Positions 16,837 to 22,606 of a DNA stretch of 22,606 bases are shown here, piece by piece. How positions within the stretch are numbered: position 1 is the stretch's first letter; the number at the start of each line of letters is the position of its first letter. Origin of the DNA: an uncultured Aquificales bacterium (GTDB taxonomy: Bacteria > Thermosulfidibacterota > Thermosulfidibacteria > Thermosulfidibacterales > Thermosulfidibacteraceae); assembly GCA_964411615.1 (NCBI GenBank), contig CAYPLO010000020.1:3947-26552 (forward strand). The letters run 5' to 3'. Under the pieces are notes generated by a model that did not search any database, had not been told where the DNA came from, and worked only from the letters and a program-made list of their open reading frames with translations. The position numbers were made by a program, and so were the translations under genes.

Positions 16837-18894
16837 TCAGACCTCCCCCACCCCGAAGTGGCCCAGACCCCTCAGCACTATGAAGAAGGTTATCATCCTA
16901 TCGTTGCGCTTGCCGCTCATCCTGTTGTCAAGCTCCCTGTAGCCCACCACCACGGACCAGCACCTGCCCTTAACCTCCAGATTCCACCTCCTCTCCACCC
17001 AGTAGCTGTTGTAGATGTCCCTCTTCCAGTAGACGCTCAGCTTAACCCTCTTGTAGGTCAGTGATGGGTTATACTCCATGTATCTGTTTCCCGTGAACTT
17101 CTCGTAGTAGTAGGTGATGCCCAAGGAGGGGAGGAAGTCCCTGAACCTGTGCTGGACCCTGCCCGAGAAGCTCCACTTGGTCACCCCAAAGCCGTAGACG
17201 CTCTGGTAGAGCCTGTACCTGAAGTTCAAATCGTCGTTGGGGCTGGCATCTGCCTCAAACATGATATCAGAAAACTTGTAGGGGAGGCCGTGCCTGTCCC
17301 TGTATATGTCGTAGCTCTGCTCCAGCTTCAGCTTCAGAAGCTCCCTTCCCGTGTCAAGCTTGGTGAACCTGCTGGTGAGGGAGTAGGTGACCAGGTTTTT
17401 GGGCGCCATGAAATCTGCATCGTCAAACCTGATGATGTCCCTCTGGGCCTTGGTCTCATCGGGGATGTAGATGTACTTCACCTCGGGGACGATGTCGTTT
17501 CTCACGGTGGTGTTGCCCCAGGCGTAGTCCCTGTAGAGGAGGGGACCCCTCGAGTCCACCTCAAAGGAGTACATGACCCTGCTGGTGGGCTCATCCACCT
17601 CATCCCCTTTTCTGCTGAGCCTCTTGCTCCAGACCGTGTATCTGAGGCCATACTTGGGGGTGATGGAGAACCAGGGCACGGGATTTATGGGAAGGGAGAG
17701 CTTTGGATAAAGGTCCCACCTGGAGACCTTGAAGTCAAATCCGGCGGTATCGTTCTTGTTCCTGTACTTGAGATACTGGGCCCTGGCCTCAAGGTAGAAG
17801 GGGGAGCTCCAGAGCTTCACAGGGTACAGCTCCCAGTCCAGCTGAGGGTACTTATAGACCTTCTGCTGGAAGTTGTCCTCCACGTCGTCCTGGAAACGGG
17901 TAAGCAGACTCAACCTCATGTGGTCAAAGCGCTTCACAAGCTCACCGTAGCTGTCGTTGTGCCTCTTCACGTAGGATGAGAAGTCGCCGCTGTACTCCTT
18001 CTTATATTTTGTAGTGCTGGTCATATCCAGCTTTCCGCTGAACTCAAAGTCCCAGGGGAGGCGCTTGAAGGCCTTGCCCTTCAGGTTCCACCAGTCCCCC
18101 TTACTCTCCCCAGAGCGCTCCATGTAGTCGCCGTAGAGGTAGAGGTCCTCGTCCTTTGCAAACTTCTGCCTGTACTCGGCAGCCACCTGGTAGTCCCCCG
18201 TTGTGTAGGGCCTGAACCAGAAGGTGGCATCCTTATCCCTCGATATGGCCCAGAAGAAGGGGATGTTGAGGAAGAGGCCGTTCCCCCCCTTCCAGCCGAA
18301 GGTGGGTATCAAAAAGCCCGTCTTACGCTTGGAGGAGACGGGGAACATGAAGAAGGGGGAGTACAAAACCGGCACCTTCTTCACCCATCCCGTAAGCCCG
18401 TATATCCTGGCAAAGCCCTCCCTCTTTATAAGCACCCTCTTTCCCCTGAAGCTCCAGTCGGGGGTGGCGGCGCAGGCCCTCCAGTCCGTCTCGCAGGTGG
18501 TGAGCATTCCGTCTCTTATGTGGTAGACGCCCCCTGAGAGCTTCTTTATCCTCTCCCCCGAAAAGTAGTAGTAGGGAGGAAGGAACCCCTTAGCCCTGTA
18601 GGCGATGCCCTCCTTGGTCTCAAGGTTGAACTCAAGCCTCTCACAGGCCAGATACCCTCCCCTCTGCCAGAGGACCACATGTCCCTGGGCCACCAGGTCC
18701 TTGGTGACGGTGTTCAGCCTCACCTCATCGGCCTCAAGGGTCACATCCCCGTACTCTATCTTCACGTTACCCGTCGCCACCACCAGATTCAGCGAGGGGA
18801 TTCTCTTAAGGGTCCTGGCGGTTATGGAGACCTTCTCTGCGGCGTAGGCCACAGAGGAGAGAAGCAGCACAAAAAGCGCAAACCTCTTCAGCAT
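16837..18894 (-). CDS. lptD: LPS-assembly outer membrane protein LptD
   Basis: Signal peptide, OstA-like jelly-roll (ATGNVKIEY...LEADEV), LTTCE...[19 protein letters not shown], then an aromatic-rich beta-barrel ending RCWS...LRGLG. Confidence 0.88.
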   Translation of the reverse strand: MLKRFALFVLLLSSVAYAAEKVSITARTLKRIPSLNLVVATGNVKIEYGDVTLEADEVRLNTVTKDLVAQGHVVLWQRGGYLACERLEFNLETKEGIAYRAKGFLPPYYYFSGERIKKLSGGVYHIRDGMLTTCETDWRACAATPDWSFRGKRVLIKREGFARIYGLTGWVKKVPVLYSPFFMFPVSSKRKTGFLIPTFGWKGGNGLFLNIPFFWAISRDKDATFWFRPYTTGDYQVAAEYRQKFAKDEDLYLYGDYMERSGESKGDWWNLKGKAFKRLPWDFEFSGKLDMTSTTKYKKEYSGDFSSYVKRHNDSYGELVKRFDHMRLSLLTRFQDDVEDNFQQKVYKYPQLDWELYPVKLWSSPFYLEARAQYLKYRNKNDTAGFDFKVSRWDLYPKLSLPINPVPWFSITPKYGLRYTVWSKRLSRKGDEVDEPTSRVMYSFEVDSRGPLLYRDYAWGNTTVRNDIVPEVKYIYIPDETKAQRDIIRFDDADFMAPKNLVTYSLTSRFTKLDTGRELLKLKLEQSYDIYRDRHGLPYKFSDIMFEADASPNDDLNFRYRLYQSVYGFGVTKWSFSGRVQHRFRDFLPSLGITYYYEKFTGNRYMEYNPSLTYKRVKLSVYWKRDIYNSYWVERRWNLEVKGRCWSVVVGYRELDNRMSGKRNDRMITFFIVLRGLGHFGVGEV

Positions 18895-19335
18895 CTAAAA
18901 CACCACCCTCAACAGCAGGTTGGCCATAATCCCCGCCGCCACATCGTCCAGCATCACTCCCCATCCACCGGGGAACCTGTCCAGCTTATCCACTATGAGG
19001 GGCTTGTAGATGTCAAACAGGCGAAAGAGGATGAACCCGTTGAGCACCACCCAGAAGTTCAGCTCAAGCCCCGCCAGGGCCAGCCACATCCCCACAACCT
19101 CGTCAACCACTATAAGGGGGCTGTCCTCCTCGCCAAAAAGCCCCTCGCTCTCCCCGGAAAGCTTAACCCCAAAAGCGAAGACCAGAACGAAAAGCAGAAG
19201 CTCAAGGGATAAGGGAAGGTGCCTCAAGACAAGAAGGTAAAGGAGAAGTCCCGCAAGGGAGCCCACAGTCCCCGGAGCCACAGGGGATAGTCCAGCCCCC
19301 AGGGCAGTGAGAAACAGCACCTTAGCTGTGCGCAT
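18895..19335 (-). CDS. pgpA: Phosphatidylglycerophosphatase A
   Basis: [13 protein letters not shown]...[30 protein letters not shown]. Confidence 0.95.
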   Translation of the reverse strand: MRTAKVLFLTALGAGLSPVAPGTVGSLAGLLLYLLVLRHLPLSLELLLFVLVFAFGVKLSGESEGLFGEEDSPLIVVDEVVGMWLALAGLELNFWVVLNGFILFRLFDIYKPLIVDKLDRFPGGWGVMLDDVAAGIMANLLLRVVF

Positions 19336-20041
19336 CTATTATCTCCCTCATCTCCCTCACGGCCCTCTCAAGCCCCACAAAGACGGCCTTAGCTATTATG
19401 GCGTGGCCTATATTCACCTCCTCAAGGCCAGGGGTTCTGAGCACAGGGATGATGTTCTTGTAGTTCAAATCGTGCCCCGCATGGACCCTGAGCCCCAGGT
19501 TCTTTGCCACCCTGGCCGCCTCAAATATCCTCTCAAGCTCAGCCTCCTTATCCTCAGCGGCGGCGTATATACCCGTGTGTATCTCTATGGCATCGGCGCC
19601 CGCCTCCTTGGAGGCCTTCACCTGGGATGTCTCAGGGTCAACGAAGATGCTCACCTCTATCCCCGCACTCTTAAGCCTCTTTACGGCAGACGAGACCACC
19701 TCAAGGTTTGAGGCCACATCAAGCCCCCCCTCTGTGGTCACCTCCCCCGGCCTTTCCGGAACCAGGGTCACCTGATGAGGCTTCACCTCAAGGGCTATCC
19801 TGAGCATCTCCTCCGTTGCCGCCATCTCAAGATTCAGCCTGGTCTTCACAGTCTCCTTCAGAAGCCTCAGGTCCCTCTCCTTTATGTGCCTCCTGTCCAT
19901 CCTGAGATGGACCGTTATCCCATCGGCACCTGCAATCTCCGCCACAAAGGCTGCGTGTACAGGGTCTGGAACGTTGGTCTTCCTGGCCTCCCTCAACGTT
20001 GCCACATGGTCCACATTAACCCCAAGGCGTATATAGCCCAT
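19322..20041 (-). CDS. pdxJ: Pyridoxine 5'-phosphate synthase
   Basis: [32 protein letters not shown]...[23 protein letters not shown]. Start at ATG 20041 (TGATG overlap with glmM). Confidence 0.97.
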   Translation of the reverse strand: MGYIRLGVNVDHVATLREARKTNVPDPVHAAFVAEIAGADGITVHLRMDRRHIKERDLRLLKETVKTRLNLEMAATEEMLRIALEVKPHQVTLVPERPGEVTTEGGLDVASNLEVVSSAVKRLKSAGIEVSIFVDPETSQVKASKEAGADAIEIHTGIYAAAEDKEAELERIFEAARVAKNLGLRVHAGHDLNYKNIIPVLRTPGLEEVNIGHAIIAKAVFVGLERAVREMREIIDAHS

Positions 20042-21399
20042 CAGCAACCTCCTCCCAGATGCTTTTCGGCCTCCTCCCTCAAAAGCTCTGCGTAGTATTT
20101 TACCCTATCCTCCTCCTCCCCCTCAACCATGATTCTCAGTTTGGGCTCCGTTCCCGAGTACCTCACCACAACCCTGCCCTTTATATCCCTCTCCACCTCC
20201 TCAGAAACCCTCCTCACCACCTCCCCCAGGGGGGTGGAATCAATGGGAGGCTTGCCGCTCACCCTGACGCTGGTCTCCACCCTGGGGAAGCGCTTCACCC
20301 TCTCATCCACAAGCTGGGAGAGGGTCTTGCCTGTGGCCTTCATCACCCAAAGAAGCCTGAGGGCGGTGATTATACCGTCCCCTGTGTTGGCGTAGTGACG
20401 GAAAATGACGTGCCCTGAGGGCTCGCCTCCGAGGACAGAGCCTGTGGCCACCATCCCCTCATAGACGAACCTGTCCCCAACCTTTGTCCTCTCAAGCCTT
20501 ATGCCCGCCTCTTTAAGAGCCACCTCAAGCCCCTTGCCGGCCATGATGGTGGAAACCACAACAGGCACATCCAAAAGCCCCGCCTCCTTCATCTGTAGGG
20601 CGCAGATGGCCAGCACATCATCGCCGTCAACTATCCTGCCCTTCTCATCGGCAAAGATGGCCCTGTCCCCATCTCCATCAAAGGCCACACCGAGATGGGC
20701 CCCAACCTCAACCACCTTCTTGGCCATCCCCTCAGGATGGACCGCCCCGCACCCCTCGTTTATGTTGAGGCCGTTGGGTTCGCAGTTTATGGCCACCACA
20801 TCCGCCTGCAGCTCCTCAAAGACCATGGGGGCCACCCTGTAGGTGGCACCGTTGGCGCAGTCAACCACCAGCTTCATACCTTCAAGGGTCTCCCCCTCGG
20901 GGAAGGAGCCCTTGAGATGGACTATGTACCTGCCCAGGGCATCGGGCACCCTATAGGCCCTGCCTATCCTATCCCAGCTTGCCGGTATCTCATCCCCCTC
21001 TATGAGCTCCTCTATACGCCTCTCAAGCTCCGTGCTCAGCTTCAGCCCCTCCTCCGTAAAGACCTTTATCCCGTTATCGTAGTAGGGGTTGTGGGACGCC
21101 GAAATGACAACCCCCGCATCGGCCCTCATGTTCTTAGTGATGAAGCTTATGCCAGGAGTGGGCATGGGACCGAGAAGATGGGCATCGGCACCGGCTGAGC
21201 AGATACCCGCCACAAGGGCCGCCTCAAACATGTAACCCGAAAGGCGGGTGTCCTTACCGATAACCACCATCCTGCGGCTCTTCCCATGGTTGCTGAAGAT
21301 GTAGCCTATGGCTTTACCCAGCTTCAGGGCCACCTCCGGCACCATGGGATACTGGTTGGCCCTGCCCCTTATGCCGTCTGTGCCGAATAGCTTACCCAT
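20041..21399 (-). CDS. glmM: Phosphoglucosamine mutase
   Basis: [48 protein letters not shown]. Confidence 0.97.
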   Translation of the reverse strand: MGKLFGTDGIRGRANQYPMVPEVALKLGKAIGYIFSNHGKSRRMVVIGKDTRLSGYMFEAALVAGICSAGADAHLLGPMPTPGISFITKNMRADAGVVISASHNPYYDNGIKVFTEEGLKLSTELERRIEELIEGDEIPASWDRIGRAYRVPDALGRYIVHLKGSFPEGETLEGMKLVVDCANGATYRVAPMVFEELQADVVAINCEPNGLNINEGCGAVHPEGMAKKVVEVGAHLGVAFDGDGDRAIFADEKGRIVDGDDVLAICALQMKEAGLLDVPVVVSTIMAGKGLEVALKEAGIRLERTKVGDRFVYEGMVATGSVLGGEPSGHVIFRHYANTGDGIITALRLLWVMKATGKTLSQLVDERVKRFPRVETSVRVSGKPPIDSTPLGEVVRRVSEEVERDIKGRVVVRYSGTEPKLRIMVEGEEEDRVKYYAELLREEAEKHLGGGC

Positions 21400-22054
21400 T
21401 CTTCACCACCTCCACCCTCACCCTTTCAGGCTCAACCCTGACCCCCTTGGGGGGATTCAGTCTCACCTCAACCACCCCCTTCGACTTAACCGCACGAGGC
21501 GAGAGCCTCTGTGTGGGCACAAACTTGACTTTGGAAACGACCCTCTCGCTTCCAATGACCTTTACCGACATGGGGGATACCCTCCAAGTGAAGTTGGGTC
21601 TTTTCCTCCACCTCACAACCACGGGCACCTCCTTCTCCTTAAGGACCACAAACCTCACCCTCACCCTTGAGGGCCTCACGTACAGGACCTTAACCCCCTC
21701 AGGCACCTTCACGTTGCTGAGCTCTATCGTCTTGCTACCTGAGGAGACATCCTTCACCAGCACCTGCACCTTCACATCCCCCGGACCGAGCCTCTTAACC
21801 GCCCACGGTGCCCCTTCCACCCTCACCTCCACGTGGGAGGGAACCCCAACCACCTCAACATTCTCCGGAAGGTTCACAAACTCAACGGGCACCTTGAGGG
21901 TGAGCTCCACATAACCCTGGGAGGTTACGTAGTTCCAGAGCAGAAAGCCTATAACAAGGGCCAGAAGCTTCTCACCGATGTTTCTGATGGCAGCCCTCCC
22001 GAAAAGCTCCCCATAGGCTATAAACATATTGACAGCCCAAGGCAAGTGTGGCAT
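21392..22054 (-). CDS. YbbR/CdaR-family membrane-anchored protein
   Basis: [16 protein letters not shown]-terminal TM segment, then YbbR-like beta repeats (VPVEFVNLP...VEVRVEG; VSP..V.VIGS...V); directly upstream of glmM. Start is 22054 (GAGGTG 9 nt upstream) or 22027. Confidence 0.82.
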   Translation of the reverse strand: MPHLPWAVNMFIAYGELFGRAAIRNIGEKLLALVIGFLLWNYVTSQGYVELTLKVPVEFVNLPENVEVVGVPSHVEVRVEGAPWAVKRLGPGDVKVQVLVKDVSSGSKTIELSNVKVPEGVKVLYVRPSRVRVRFVVLKEKEVPVVVRWRKRPNFTWRVSPMSVKVIGSERVVSKVKFVPTQRLSPRAVKSKGVVEVRLNPPKGVRVEPERVRVEVVKNG

Positions 22055-22057
22055 TCA
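22029..22057 (+). promoter_or_regulatory. Putative rpsT promoter
   Basis: TTGACA (22029-22034), 17-nt spacer, TGn-CATTCA (22052-22057); weak -10. Confidence 0.4.
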
Positions 22058-22092
22058 CAGGTTCACCTCAAAAAATAAGGGAGGGGTGTGCG

Positions 22093-22377
22093 TTGCCCAA
22101 CATAAAGTCTGCGAAGAAGAGGCTGAGACAGGCGGAGAAGAGGAGACTGAGAAACAAGGCCATAAGGAGCTATGTGAAGACCTGCATCAAGAAGGTGCTT
22201 CTGGCCATCCAGGCCGGAGAGGATAGAGAAGCAGTAATGGAGAAGGTGCGCCTGGCCCAAAAGGCCATAGACAAGGCCTGGTCCAAGGGGGTCTTCCACA
22301 AGAACGAGGCGGCCAGGAAGAAGTCCCGCCTCATGGCCAAGGTTAACAAGTACTTAGCGGAGAAGGCCACGGCTTAG
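22093..22377 (+). CDS. rpsT: 30S ribosomal protein S20
   Basis: (M)[22 protein letters not shown]...[23 protein letters not shown] start at 22093 after GGGAGG. Confidence 0.97.
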   Translation: MPNIKSAKKRLRQAEKRRLRNKAIRSYVKTCIKKVLLAIQAGEDREAVMEKVRLAQKAIDKAWSKGVFHKNEAARKKSRLMAKVNKYLAEKATA

Positions 22378-22379
22378 GG

Positions 22380-22598
22380 ATGAAGCACCAGGGCTGCAAG
22401 AACTACGAGAAGAACCTGAAGGTCTGCAACTGCTCCTACGAGCCCTGTGCCAAGAAGGGCTACTGCTGCGAGTGCATAGCCTACCACAGGGCGAGGGGGG
22501 AGCTACCCGCCTGCTACTTCACAGACGAGGCGGAGAGGACCTACAACAGGTCCATCCGCTTCTTCATAAAGCTGTTCATGGAGAAGAGCCAGAACTGA
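22380..22598 (+). CDS. Small Cys-rich protein (DUF6485-like)
   Basis: 72 aa with 8 Cys: [17 protein letters not shown]...ELPACYF...ERTY.RS; starts 2 nt after the rpsT stop. Confidence 0.72.
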   Translation: MKHQGCKNYEKNLKVCNCSYEPCAKKGYCCECIAYHRARGELPACYFTDEAERTYNRSIRFFIKLFMEKSQN

Positions 22599-22606
22599 GG
22601 CTAAAG

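Noticed and set aside
17149..17979. 276-aa plus-strand ORF and other long antisense ORFs (e.g. 5778..6509, 11526..12128)
   Set aside because: They lie opposite well-supported genes (lptD, argH, dapB/gltX) and are explained by codon bias.
1..22606. CRISPR array, IS element, riboswitch or defence system
   Set aside because: No repeat-spacer periodicity, terminal inverted repeats or transposase motifs seen; intergenic gaps are too short (about 100 nt or less) for a structured leader.

Overview
Gene-dense bacterial chromosomal window. Heavy AGG/AGA-Arg and ATA-Ile usage, lptD and the gene order suggest a diderm thermophile of Aquificota/Desulfobacterota type (inference only). Left to right: a minus-strand feoA-feoA-feoB iron-uptake operon (feoB runs off the left edge and is missing from the ORF track), with tandem sigma70-like promoters and a DtxR/IdeR-like operator; a DUF169-like gene; tRNA-Met(CAT); a plus-strand run pilB-pilT-argH-lipoprotein-lysA-dapF-dapA-dapB-gltX; tRNA-Lys(TTT), tRNA-Glu(TTC) and mutS; a convergent minus-strand run ybbR/cdaR-glmM-pdxJ-pgpA-lptD-thiI-like; then rpsT and a small Cys-rich protein. 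I saw no mobile element, CRISPR array or defence island, and most of the window is housekeeping. The best leads are: (1) a ThiI-like sulfurtransferase with the CXXC+C Fe-S-type cysteines but apparently lacking most of its THUMP tRNA-binding domain; (2) a lipoprotein with an LptM/LppL-like N-terminal motif fused to Fn3-like domains at the conserved position before lysA-dapF; (3) a GluRS with GluRS2/non-discriminating signatures; (4) cdaR-glmM without cdaA; (5) an MshEN-bearing, probably leaderless pilB.
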